Shown: in pieces, positions 1-8,288 of the stretch
Position numbering within the stretch: position 1 is the stretch's first letter
How the letters are laid out: every line of letters begins with the position of its first letter
Assembly: GCA_964501175.1 (NCBI GenBank)
Contig: CAZCRV010000001.1
Location: 1-37,945, forward strand
Direction of reading: 5' to 3'
Source of the DNA: an uncultured Clostridium sp.
GTDB lineage: Bacteria; Bacillota; Clostridia; Oscillospirales; CAG-272
DNA length: 37,945 nucleotides
Program-made: the position numbers and the translations under genes
The notes under the pieces: generated by a model
Seen by the model: only the letters and a program-made list of their open reading frames with translations
Told to the model about the DNA's origin: nothing
The model's database searches: none

Positions 1-603
1 TTTGACGACTGCATGGTCATCAAGGGCATTTGCGGCTGGGATGACGAATGCAACCGCAATATTACGGTACAAGGGTGCGTGCTTTGGTGCGATTGGGGCA
101 GGGCACTTGAGATCGGCGCCGAGACCAACGCGCCTGCATTTTATCACATTCTGTTCTCGGATTGCGACGTCATTCACGGCTCTACCATTCAGCTGGATAT
201 CCAGCACCATAACCGTGCCGAGATCCACCACGTCACCTTTGAAAATATCCGCGTGGAGTACACGCAGTATCAGCAAAGTGACCTGCATCAGCAAAGCGAG
301 GAGCAGGAATATCGCAGCACAGGGCAGCAGCCCGTGCTTCTCAACGTCGCGCTCTACGATATGGGATTGTTTTCTCGTGACGGCCTGCACGGCTGCGTGC
401 ACGATGTCATCTTCAAGAATATTTACGTGCTGACCGATGCGCCCATGCCCATGCCTTGCTCGATCTTCCGCGGTCTTAGCGAGCAGCACGGCGTGCAAGA
501 TATCCGCATTGAAGGCTTGTATTTCAACGGTGAGCGATTGGAAACCCCCGAGGCGGCAAATTTCGTGATCGGAGAGCTTGCACAGAACGTGCAGCTGATC
601 TGA
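1..603 (+). CDS. C-terminal part of a parallel beta-helix glycoside hydrolase (GH28/pectinase-like); the 5' end lies outside the window
   Basis: Frame 1 is open from base 1 (FDDCMVIKG...) to TGA at 601-603. It has short repeated beta-strand/turn segments (NITVQGCVLW, GRALEIGAET, ILFSDCDVIHG, VTFENIRVEY, VIFKNIYVL) typical of right-handed beta-helix hydrolases. The family call is by eye only. Confidence 0.45.
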   Translation, partial: FDDCMVIKGICGWDDECNRNITVQGCVLWCDWGRALEIGAETNAPAFYHILFSDCDVIHGSTIQLDIQHHNRAEIHHVTFENIRVEYTQYQQSDLHQQSEEQEYRSTGQQPVLLNVALYDMGLFSRDGLHGCVHDVIFKNIYVLTDAPMPMPCSIFRGLSEQHGVQDIRIEGLYFNGERLETPEAANFVIGELAQNVQLI

Positions 604-629
604 TCCGAAAAATCAAGGAGAAATAAAGT

Positions 630-1616
630 ATGAACGCATTTCATTATACGCTGATCGGTGCGGGCGTGCTGGCCGGTGCTGCGGCAATCACCGCGGCAGC
701 TGCTGCACCCTATATCCATAAGCTGTTCAAGCAGTCGTTTGGACGCAGCGATCCTTCCCCGGATCATCAAAGCAGATTCTTGGAGGGACTTCGCCAAAAG
801 GGCTTTGATAAGCAGGTAGAGATCGTCAAAAAGGGCTGGGCTGCCTTGGATGCTGCCGAGCATGAGAAGGTGTATATCACCTCGCACGACGGTCATAAGC
901 TTTGCGCCAAGCTGTTCGCGCCAGAAAATCCCCGCGCAACCGTGATTTTGGTGCATGGATATCACAGCAAGGGCGAGATGGATTTCGGCTGCGTGTTAAA
1001 TTTTTACGCCGAGAGAAATATTGCCATGCTGATCGTGTATCAGCGCGCACACGGCGAGAGCGAGGGCAATTATCTGACCTTTGGCGCAAAGGAGCGCTTT
1101 GACGTGCGCGATTGGGCCAAGTACTTAGTAGAGAGATACGGAGAGGACCACAGCATTATCTTAGACGGCGTTTCTATGGGCTGCTCCACCGTGCTGCTTG
1201 CCTCCTGCCTGCCCGACCTGCCTCCCCAGGTCAAGGCGGTGATCGGGGATTGCGGCTTTGCCTCGGCAAAGGATCAGATCGCGCAGGTGCTGCGCAGCGA
1301 TTTCAAGCTGCCCGTACCCATCGTGCTGCCCGTGGCAAGCTTGCTTTGCCGCATTTACGGCGGTGCGTTCCTGGGTGATGCGGAGGTGGAAAGGGAACTC
1401 GGCCACGCCAAGCTCCCCACGCTGTTTGCACACGGTGCGGCGGACGATTTCGTGCTGCCCTCCAATTCCGAGCGCAACTATGCCGCCTGCACCTCGGAAT
1501 ACAAAAGGCTTTGCATTTTCGAGGGCTCACCCCACGGTATGAGCTATCTTGACCACCAAGAGGAATATGAAAAGGAGATCACCGCGCTTTTGCAGCATGC
1601 GGGGATTTTGGAATAA
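630..1616 (+). CDS. alpha/beta-fold serine hydrolase with an N-terminal membrane or signal segment
   Basis: AAGGAG lies 9 nt before the ATG. Motifs: VILVHGYHS oxyanion block, GVSMGCS nucleophile elbow (GxSxG), late HGAADDFV Asp block and GSPHGM His block. It starts 26 nt after the preceding gene. Confidence 0.8.
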   Translation: MNAFHYTLIGAGVLAGAAAITAAAAAPYIHKLFKQSFGRSDPSPDHQSRFLEGLRQKGFDKQVEIVKKGWAALDAAEHEKVYITSHDGHKLCAKLFAPENPRATVILVHGYHSKGEMDFGCVLNFYAERNIAMLIVYQRAHGESEGNYLTFGAKERFDVRDWAKYLVERYGEDHSIILDGVSMGCSTVLLASCLPDLPPQVKAVIGDCGFASAKDQIAQVLRSDFKLPVPIVLPVASLLCRIYGGAFLGDAEVERELGHAKLPTLFAHGAADDFVLPSNSERNYAACTSEYKRLCIFEGSPHGMSYLDHQEEYEKEITALLQHAGILE

Positions 1617-1660
1617 ATATAAAAGACCGCCCATCGGGTTGCGGATCTAACGGAAAATAT

Positions 1661-1702
1661 AGCAGGAATTTGTTCGATTTTGAGCAGATTCCTGCTTTTT
1701 TG
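1661..1702 (+). terminator. intrinsic terminator after the alpha/beta hydrolase gene
   Basis: AGCAGGAAT (1661-1669) pairs with ATTCCTGCT (1688-1696) and is followed by TTTTT. Confidence 0.55.
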
Positions 1703-1750
1703 CAAATAAAAGAAAGACCATTTCGGTTTCCGTTGCTGCATCAGCGTCAG

Positions 1751-1995
1751 AAACCCATTCTATTCGCATTCTCCCCCCTGCGCTTGGCCAAGGCAGCGCT
1801 GTGCGTTCCCCCCTCCCGGAGGGGGGCGATGAAGGCAGGTCTGCTTCCTTTAACACTTAACCGCTATGGGAGATGACTTGTATGTTGAAATTAACTAAAA
1901 ATCAGCATCACTCTCACAGCCCCCCTCCGGGAGGGGGGAATATTTGGTGCTGCCCTGAGCCAAGCACCGGGGGGAGAATGCGAATCCGAACGGTT
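1751..1995. repeat. 245-bp element made of two ~76-nt imperfect inverted arms around a 93-nt centre (MITE-like or structured-RNA-like)
   Basis: Arm 1 (1751-1826) and the reverse complement of arm 2 (1920-1995) share AAACC, a perfect 16-mer TTCGCATTCTCCCCCC, CTTGG, GGCAGC and an identical 19-nt palindrome CCCCCCTCCCGGAGGGGGG at the inner ends (1808-1826 and 1920-1938). Confidence 0.65.
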
Positions 1996-2018
1996 TTTGC
2001 GCGTAATATTTCCATCAT

Positions 2019-2058
2019 AAAAGCAGAAGCCTTAATCAAAGACTTCTGCTTTTGTTTT
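2019..2058. terminator. bidirectional intrinsic terminator; serves the minus-strand P-II-like/DUF1538 operon
   Basis: AAAAGCAGAAG ... CTTCTGCTTTTGTTTT. GCAGAAG (2023-2029) pairs with CTTCTGC (2043-2049), with an A-run on one side and a T-run on the other. Confidence 0.65.
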
Positions 2059-2096
2059 ATTTTACCGCTATTTCTACAGCCCAACCGGGCTGTTAT

Positions 2097-2786
2097 TTAA
2101 TTCTGCGGATTGAATCTGCGATCCAGGCGCAGACCCATGGTGTCGGATACGGGGAGCGAGAAGGTCACGGTGCCAAGCTCGGGCGTTTCCTTTGCCTGGT
2201 TGACCAGCGCCTGCATGATGGGACGGCGCTGCGCCTCGGTTGCAACGATCAGGATGGTGTCCTTTTCCTCTGCAAGTGTCACACCGAAGAAGTGCTCGTC
2301 GCCCTTGCCGTACGTGCCCTTGGCACGGATGACCGTACCGCCTCCGGCACCCGCCTCGCGTGCTGCCTTCATGGCAATATCGGAGCAGCCCTTGTTGAGT
2401 ACGGCTACGATCAGATGTGTATTGTATTCCATTTTAATAACCTCTCTTTCCTCTGCTTCTGAGCTTCCCGTCAAAACCTGCATGGAGTGAAGGCCACCCA
2501 TGCTGTTCAGGGGAATGATCAGGCCAATGCCGCGGCCGGGGATATCGATTTCCATCTGGTCGGGCAGCGTTGCAAGAATGTCTTGTGTTTGCTTCTTTCC
2601 CACCACGGCAGTCAGCATGATTTTTTCGGTCTGCTCAATGCCAAGCAGGTCCAGCGTTTTATTCTGCGCAGTACCATGGCAGGGCACGGTGGCGTAAGCT
2701 GCAAGCTTGTGACGGGAAAAGTATTTCTCGTATGCCGCGTGATCCTTCTGGCGCGCGATAATCATTAACAGATTGAGTTCTTTCAT
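2097..2786 (-). CDS. fused tandem P-II-like signal-transduction protein
   Basis: 229 aa, 14 nt downstream of the DUF1538 gene on the same strand. It has two ~105-aa halves with a beta-alpha-beta pattern, and the second half carries AREAGAGGGTVIRAKG, as in P-II-like proteins. P-II-family genes are the usual neighbours of DUF1538 genes (recalled knowledge). Confidence 0.6.
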   Translation of the reverse strand: MKELNLLMIIARQKDHAAYEKYFSRHKLAAYATVPCHGTAQNKTLDLLGIEQTEKIMLTAVVGKKQTQDILATLPDQMEIDIPGRGIGLIIPLNSMGGLHSMQVLTGSSEAEEREVIKMEYNTHLIVAVLNKGCSDIAMKAAREAGAGGGTVIRAKGTYGKGDEHFFGVTLAEEKDTILIVATEAQRRPIMQALVNQAKETPELGTVTFSLPVSDTMGLRLDRRFNPQN

Positions 2787-2800
2787 ATATCCTGTACCTC

Positions 2801-4351
2801 TTACAAATCGATGATGTCTTCCTCATCCATGGGAACAAACTCTGCCTCGATGGGAGTCGTCTTCTTGAGTCTTGCGTTGCGGATGTGCCAGATCAGTCCG
2901 GGGATCTGTACCGCGATCAGCGGCGTCATGGCAACGAATGCAACCACACCGAACGCGTCAGTTGCCGCGTTTCCGCCAACCGCACGGCAAGCGCCCATTG
3001 CAAAGGGCAAAAGGAATGCCGCAGTCATGGGGCCGGAGGCCACTCCGCCCGCGTCAAACGCGATCGAGGGGAAGGGCGAGGGCACGATGAGGGTCAAAAC
3101 CAACGCAATGGCATAGCCGGGAATCAAAAACCACATGATGTTGATGCCGCTGAGCACGCGTATCATGGCAAGTGCGATCGAGCAAGCAACACCGATGGAA
3201 AGGCAGCGCAGCACCACCTTGCGCGAGATCGCGCCTGCGGTCACGGTATTGACCTGCTTGGTCAGCACGTGCACTGCGGGCTCTGCCTGCACGATAAAGT
3301 AGCCCACCACGGCACCGATGGGGATGATGATGTATTGCAGAATTCCCTTACTCGGATTTGCAAGAGCAACGCCCAGCTGATATCCGCAAGGAGAAAAGCC
3401 TATGTTAGCACCCAGTAAGAACAGAACAAGACCTGCGTAAGTATAACCAAGGCCGACCAAGATCTTTTGCAGCGCACGCTTGGAAAGTGCGTTTCCGGGC
3501 TTTTTGGCACAGATATGATGGAACAAGAAAAATCCTGCCGAAATGGGCCCTAACGCCATCAGCACCTCCCAGAGCTGATGCGGCAGCTTTTGCAAAAAGG
3601 GCATCAGAACCTGATTGGATTGTGTGATGATCTCTACCTCGGAGAGATCCGGAGGCACGATGTCTCCGCCCACCAAAAGGCCGAGAATCATGACAGCCGA
3701 GATCGGGCCGATGGAGGAGAGCGCGACAAGACCGAAGCAGTCGTTATCTGCAGCGCCGTCCGAACGGCTGGAGGCAACGCCCACGCCAAGTGCCATGATA
3801 AAGGGCACGGTCATGGGGCCCGTGGTCACGCCGCCCGAGTCAAAGGCAACTGCCCAATAGTTCTTCGGGATGAAGAATGCCATGATAAATACGCCGATGT
3901 AGCAGATCCACAAAAGCAGCGAAAGCTTGACCTTGAACAGGATGCGCAGCATGGCAACAACCAGGAAAATGCCAACGCCAAGGCCGACCGATGCGGTCAG
4001 GACGAAGGGCTTGACTGTGGGCACGTAGCCCGCGAGCACCTGCAGATCGGGCTCGCAAATGGTGGCCAGAAAGCCAACGAAGAAGGAGAGAAAGACCACA
4101 AGCCAGATCTTACGCGACTTGGTCATCTGCGAGCCGATGTACTCACCCATGGGGATCATGGACATGTCCGATCCCAGAGAGAAAAGTCCCATGCCGATAA
4201 TCAGCAGCACAGCACCCAGCAAGAAGGAGAGTAACGTGCCCGTATGCACGGGCGAGATGGTCACAACCAGCAAAATGGTGATCAGCGTGACGGGCATGAC
4301 AGCGGCAAACGCCTCCTTGATCTTCTCAAGTAATACCGTCTTTTCAAACAA
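2801..4351 (-). CDS. DUF1538-family polytopic membrane protein (internally duplicated), putative transporter
   Basis: 516 aa with many hydrophobic spans. Clear internal duplication: AFDSGGVTTGPMTVPFIMALGVG in the first half versus AFDAGGVASGPMTAAFLLPFAMG in the second. TTG start with GAGGTG upstream. Confidence 0.7.
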   Translation of the reverse strand: MFEKTVLLEKIKEAFAAVMPVTLITILLVVTISPVHTGTLLSFLLGAVLLIIGMGLFSLGSDMSMIPMGEYIGSQMTKSRKIWLVVFLSFFVGFLATICEPDLQVLAGYVPTVKPFVLTASVGLGVGIFLVVAMLRILFKVKLSLLLWICYIGVFIMAFFIPKNYWAVAFDSGGVTTGPMTVPFIMALGVGVASSRSDGAADNDCFGLVALSSIGPISAVMILGLLVGGDIVPPDLSEVEIITQSNQVLMPFLQKLPHQLWEVLMALGPISAGFFLFHHICAKKPGNALSKRALQKILVGLGYTYAGLVLFLLGANIGFSPCGYQLGVALANPSKGILQYIIIPIGAVVGYFIVQAEPAVHVLTKQVNTVTAGAISRKVVLRCLSIGVACSIALAMIRVLSGINIMWFLIPGYAIALVLTLIVPSPFPSIAFDAGGVASGPMTAAFLLPFAMGACRAVGGNAATDAFGVVAFVAMTPLIAVQIPGLIWHIRNARLKKTTPIEAEFVPMDEEDIIDL

Positions 4352-4438
4352 TTTTCAAAAACACCTCACAACATATTATTTCAATATCATTATATCGGAT
4401 TATCCTTCCCGAATGGTGAACATTTTGTAAAGTTCTGT

Positions 4439-4467
4439 TTGACAACGAGGAGCTTCTGTGCTATACT
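4439..4467 (+). promoter_or_regulatory. sigma-A type promoter for the ThrE-like operon
   Basis: TTGACA (4439-4444), 17-nt spacer, TATACT (4462-4467). Confidence 0.6.
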
Positions 4468-4497
4468 CATGATATAAATATTCTTTTGCAGAAAGTG

Positions 4498-5295
4498 ATG
4501 AAGATTATGACGCAACAATCAGTCAGCACGGCACCTTCGTACGATTTCGACGACGTGCTGGATACAATACTGGATATTGCCTGCCACCTTTTGGAGGCGG
4601 GCGCGGAGGTGCGCCGCGTGGAGGACACGGTGGAAAGGCTTTGCTTTGCCTACGGTGCGCACGACGTGGACGTGTTTTCGATCGTCGTGCTGGTCGGCGT
4701 GACCTCGGAGGGGCCTAATGGCGATCACTATACGCAGATCCGCAAGGTGGGCAGCATTGGCAACAGCCTTGTGCGCATTGAAAAGCTCAACGCGCTCTCG
4801 CGCAGACTGTGCGCTTGCCCTGAGGACCCCTGGGAGGTCAAGGCAGAGGTGGCGCGCATTTGCAAAAAGCAGACGTATTCCGAGCTTTTGCTGCACGTAA
4901 GCGCAGCCATTGCCGCGGGCGGCTTTGCCATGTTCTTTGGTGGCGGCTGGATGGACGGTCTGATCGCGGCCGTGATCGGCGTGGTGATCATGGTGTTCAA
5001 TTTACATACGCCCAAAAAAGTCAACGGCACGCTCAAAACCTTTGTCACGGCATTCGTGGCGGGCGCTTTGGCGTTGCTTTCATGCGCTGCCATTCCGGGC
5101 GGACACCCCGATATGATCATGATCGGTACCATCATGCTCATGATCCCCGGCCTTGCGCTGGGTACCTCGCTGCGCGATCTGTTCGGCGGCGATATGGTTT
5201 CGGGACTTTTGCGCTTTGCGCAGGCATTGTTCACAGCAGCCATCATTGCAGCAGGCTATGGCCTTGCATGGCTGACGATAGGAGGGATCGTATGA
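4498..5295 (+). CDS. threonine/serine-exporter family protein, large subunit (ThrE / YjjP-like)
   Basis: Soluble N-terminal segment (LDIACHLLEAGAEVRRVEDTVERL) followed by about five hydrophobic helices. ATGA overlap with the next small membrane gene, as in two-gene YjjP/YjjB systems. The start is ambiguous (TTG 4486, ATG 4498 or ATG 4507). Confidence 0.7.
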   Translation: MKIMTQQSVSTAPSYDFDDVLDTILDIACHLLEAGAEVRRVEDTVERLCFAYGAHDVDVFSIVVLVGVTSEGPNGDHYTQIRKVGSIGNSLVRIEKLNALSRRLCACPEDPWEVKAEVARICKKQTYSELLLHVSAAIAAGGFAMFFGGGWMDGLIAAVIGVVIMVFNLHTPKKVNGTLKTFVTAFVAGALALLSCAAIPGGHPDMIMIGTIMLMIPGLALGTSLRDLFGGDMVSGLLRFAQALFTAAIIAAGYGLAWLTIGGIV

Positions 5296-5780
5296 CCTGG
5301 CTTGACATAATCAACAGTACGATTGCCTGCTCAGTAGCGCTTTTGGGCATTGCGGTCATTTTTGACGTTCCGCCCAAAAAGCTGCTCTGGGCCATGATAG
5401 GTAGCGTGATTTCCTGCGTGCTGATGCTGATCGGGGATAAATTCGGCATAGATCCGCTGATTACCAACATGGTCGCCACCGCCGTTCCTTGCGTGTATTG
5501 CGAGATCATGGCGCGCGTGCTCAAAACCCCCACTACCGTGTTCATGATCCCCACGCTTCTGCCGCTGGTGCCCGGAAGCCGCTTGTATTACACCATGTTC
5601 TATCTGTTCAGCGGTGAGCAGGAGCTGTTTATGGAGAATATGCTGGCAGCGGTCAAGATCTGTACGGGTATTGCCATGGCCATCATTGTGGTCACGGGTG
5701 CCGTGCGCTGGCTGGAGGCTGCCAAAAAGCAACGCTTTGAGCGCGAGCGCGAAAGGGAAAGAGCGGAGATGGGCCAATGA
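5292..5780 (+). CDS. threonine/serine-exporter family protein, small subunit (ThrE_2 / YjjB-like)
   Basis: ATG at 5292 overlaps the upstream TGA (ATGA). 162 aa with four hydrophobic helices and a charged ERERERER tail. The longer ORF-track version (4860) is an out-of-frame overlap with the previous gene. Confidence 0.7.
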   Translation: MTWLDIINSTIACSVALLGIAVIFDVPPKKLLWAMIGSVISCVLMLIGDKFGIDPLITNMVATAVPCVYCEIMARVLKTPTTVFMIPTLLPLVPGSRLYYTMFYLFSGEQELFMENMLAAVKICTGIAMAIIVVTGAVRWLEAAKKQRFERERERERAEMGQ

Positions 5781-6400
5781 AAAACGTGATCTTTGATTTT
5801 GGTCAGGTGCTCGTGCGCTTTGAACCGTCCTATATGGTGGGGAAATACGTGTCTGACCCCGTGGAGGCCGCACTGCTGGCGCACATTGTGTTTGACCGCA
5901 AATACTGGGATCAATTGGACGCGGGCTCGATCACCGATGCCGAGGTGGTAGCGGATATCAAGACCCGCGTGCCCGTGCGGCTTGGTGACGCGGTGGAGAA
6001 CATTTACTACAACTGGATTTACAACATCCCCGAGGTGGAAGGCATGCGCGAGGTGATTTTGCACGTCAAAGAGACCTACGGCGCGCCGATTTACGTGCTT
6101 TCCAATATTTCGACGTATTTTGCCGCGCACGCGCACGAGATTCCCATTCTTGAGTTGGTGGACGGCTGCGTGTTTTCTGCAGTTTGCGGTATGACCAAGC
6201 CCAATGCCGATATCTTTGAGCATATTTGCGAAAAGTTTTCGCTTGATCCCGCCCGGACCGTGTTCGTGGATGACCGCGCCGAAAACGTTCGGGCGGCCGA
6301 GGCTCTCGGCATGCAGGGAGTCGTCTTTGACGGTGACGCTGACAAGCTGCGCGCCTACCTGGATCAGCTTATAGGAGGCAGACATGAATCATCCGAATAA
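5777..6400 (+). CDS. HAD-superfamily phosphatase (subfamily IA, YihX-like)
   Basis: ATGA overlap with the upstream gene. Motif I IFDFGQVLV, motif II LSNIS, Lys block TKPNADIF, motif IV FVDDRAENV. Confidence 0.75.
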   Translation: MKNVIFDFGQVLVRFEPSYMVGKYVSDPVEAALLAHIVFDRKYWDQLDAGSITDAEVVADIKTRVPVRLGDAVENIYYNWIYNIPEVEGMREVILHVKETYGAPIYVLSNISTYFAAHAHEIPILELVDGCVFSAVCGMTKPNADIFEHICEKFSLDPARTVFVDDRAENVRAAEALGMQGVVFDGDADKLRAYLDQLIGGRHESSE

Positions 6401-7595
6401 ATATCTGGCCAAGAGATACGACACGCCCAACCGATCCAAGGCCTTTACCGATGCGGTGTACTGCAAGGCAGACGCTACGGGCGCGGATCTGAATGCCGCA
6501 TGGCGCAGCCTTGACCCGCCCGAACCCGAGTTGATTGCTTTGGTAGGCGAGATGCACGGACACACCAATCTTTCGGACGGCAGACCCGATATTGATACCT
6601 ATTTTCGCAATATCCGCGACCTTGCGGGCCTTGATTTCGCGGTGCTGACCGACCACGACCACGGCGGTGTGGGCAGACCCGCGCTGTGGGAGGGATGTCC
6701 ATCCAAATGGGATCTGATCCGCGCAAAGGCGGCCGAGTATTGCGAGCCGGGCAAGTTTTCCACGCTGCTTGGCTACGAGCGCGATTCGTATCCGTTTTAT
6801 AACAATCTGGTGCTGTATTTCCGCGATGCAGATGCGGAAATGGTGCGCGGTGTGCGCGACGGCGAGATCACCGAGGATGAGCTTGTTGCGCTGCTTGCGC
6901 GCGACGACGTGATCGCCTGCCCGCATGATACCTATTCCTTTACCTCTAACGCCGATTTTATCGCGCTGCCCGTCGAGTTGCATACACCCTTTATCGAGGT
7001 TATTTCGCGCGGTGACGCGGCAGAGTATATGGGCAATCCCGCGGGCGCAACCTACGCGTGCTGTGAGGGTGGCTTTTGGCAGGATGCCTTGCGCAAGGGC
7101 GCAAAAATGGGCGTGATCGGCGGTTCGGATGATCACAGTGGCATGAATGGGCGCGTGAACGACGCGTTGCCTTATCCGCAAAAGTACCCGGGCGTGACGG
7201 GTGTGTGGGCAACCGAGAATACCCCCGCCGCCATTTTCGAGGCGCTTTCTGCCAAGCGCACGTATGCCTTTATGATGGGCCAGAGCACGGGCGAGATGCA
7301 CGGCCGCATGGAGATCGATTTCCGCATCAACGGCCACTACATGGGAAAGGCCATCACCCGTCCCGCAAGCCGCGAGCTGCATATTTTCTATTGCGTCAAG
7401 GCCGATGTGCCCGTGGGGCGCGTGACGCTGGTCAAGAACTGCCGCAATTACGTGGCGCTGACTGCCGCGTCCGAGCTGATTTTGGATTACAAGCAGGAAA
7501 ACGCAACCGATTTTTTCTATCTGCGCGTCGAGCTTGCCGACGGCCGCTTTGGTTGGACCTCTCCGATCTGGGTGGAAAGCAACTCTGCAGAGTAG
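6384..7595 (+). CDS. PHP-fold metal-dependent hydrolase (DUF3604 / CehA-McbA-like)
   Basis: AGGAGG lies 5 nt before the ATG, and there is a 17-nt overlap with the HAD gene. Motifs: GEMHGHTNLSDG (HxH..SDG) and VLTDHDH, with later GGSDDHSG. The exact subfamily is not resolvable by eye. Confidence 0.5.
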   Translation: MNHPNKYLAKRYDTPNRSKAFTDAVYCKADATGADLNAAWRSLDPPEPELIALVGEMHGHTNLSDGRPDIDTYFRNIRDLAGLDFAVLTDHDHGGVGRPALWEGCPSKWDLIRAKAAEYCEPGKFSTLLGYERDSYPFYNNLVLYFRDADAEMVRGVRDGEITEDELVALLARDDVIACPHDTYSFTSNADFIALPVELHTPFIEVISRGDAAEYMGNPAGATYACCEGGFWQDALRKGAKMGVIGGSDDHSGMNGRVNDALPYPQKYPGVTGVWATENTPAAIFEALSAKRTYAFMMGQSTGEMHGRMEIDFRINGHYMGKAITRPASRELHIFYCVKADVPVGRVTLVKNCRNYVALTAASELILDYKQENATDFFYLRVELADGRFGWTSPIWVESNSAE

Positions 7596-7730
7596 CTAAA
7601 GGCGCATTCGCCAAGGAATCTTGACGGATGCGCTTTTGATAAAATTTCAATTTGACATGTAGTATGCACGGTCATTTTTCCGTTTTTATAAGTGAAGGGC
7701 CTTCAAAAATGCATGAAAGGAGTGAGAGCT

Positions 7731-8288
7731 TTGGATGATAAGCAGATCCTGGATCTGTATTTTGCACGCTCGGAATCAGCCGTTTGTGAGACCGAAAGGA
7801 AATACGGAAGCTACTGCTATGCAATCGCATATCGCATTCTTGAAAATGACCAAGATGCAAAGGAGATCGTCAACGATACGCTTCTCAAAGCGTGGAATAC
7901 CATTCCGCCGAAACGCCCCGATTCGCTCAAGCCATACGTCGGAATGATCAGCCGTCAGCTTTCCCTTGACCGTTATGAGCAGTACCACGCACAAAAGCGC
8001 GGCGGTCGGGTGGCGCTTGTGCTCGACGAGCTTGCCGAGTGTATCCCCTCGGGGGATAACGGAGAGGACGTGGGTGAGAGTGTTGCTTTGAGGGATGCCT
8101 TGAACAAATTCGTTTGGTCGCTTTCCGATCGGGCTCAGATCGTGTTTGTGCGTAGGTATTGGTACTCGTGCTCCATATCCGAGATCGCACGGGACCTTCG
8201 TATGAAGGAAAGCTCGGTTACCGTCCTCTTGCTCCGCACAAGAAAAAAGCTGAAAGAGTTTTTGAAAAAGGAGGGCTTTGACGTATGA
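7731..8288 (+). CDS. ECF-type sigma-70 family RNA polymerase sigma factor
   Basis: Region 2 (YCYAIAYRILENDQDAKEIVNDTLLKAWN) and region 4 HTH (CSISEIARDLRMKESSVTVLLLRTRKKLKEFL). The ORF is open from GTG 7692. I prefer TTG 7731 because AAAGGAG lies 8 nt upstream. ATG 7713 is also possible. Confidence 0.8.
   Translation: MDDKQILDLYFARSESAVCETERKYGSYCYAIAYRILENDQDAKEIVNDTLLKAWNTIPPKRPDSLKPYVGMISRQLSLDRYEQYHAQKRGGRVALVLDELAECIPSGDNGEDVGESVALRDALNKFVWSLSDRAQIVFVRRYWYSCSISEIARDLRMKESSVTVLLLRTRKKLKEFLKKEGFDV

Noticed and set aside
1670-2100. Two ORFs of 68 and 75 aa that span the inverted-repeat element
   Set aside because: They have no RBS, and their sequences are dictated by the G/C-run palindromes (PPSRRG, PPPGGG). 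They cross two terminators. A non-coding repeat explains them better.
4860-5291. Upstream extension of the ORF-track entry 4860-5780
   Set aside because: This part overlaps the ThrE-like gene out of frame and is Arg/His-rich. The hydrophobic ThrE_2-like protein begins at ATG 5292, which overlaps the upstream stop.
7621-7665. Possible promoter for the sigma-factor gene (TTGACG at 7621, or TTGATA-18-TAGTAT at 7636-7665)
   Set aside because: The spacer is 13 nt for the first option, and the second has a weak -10. An ECF-type autoregulated promoter is also possible but not recognisable by eye. Support is too weak to list as a feature.
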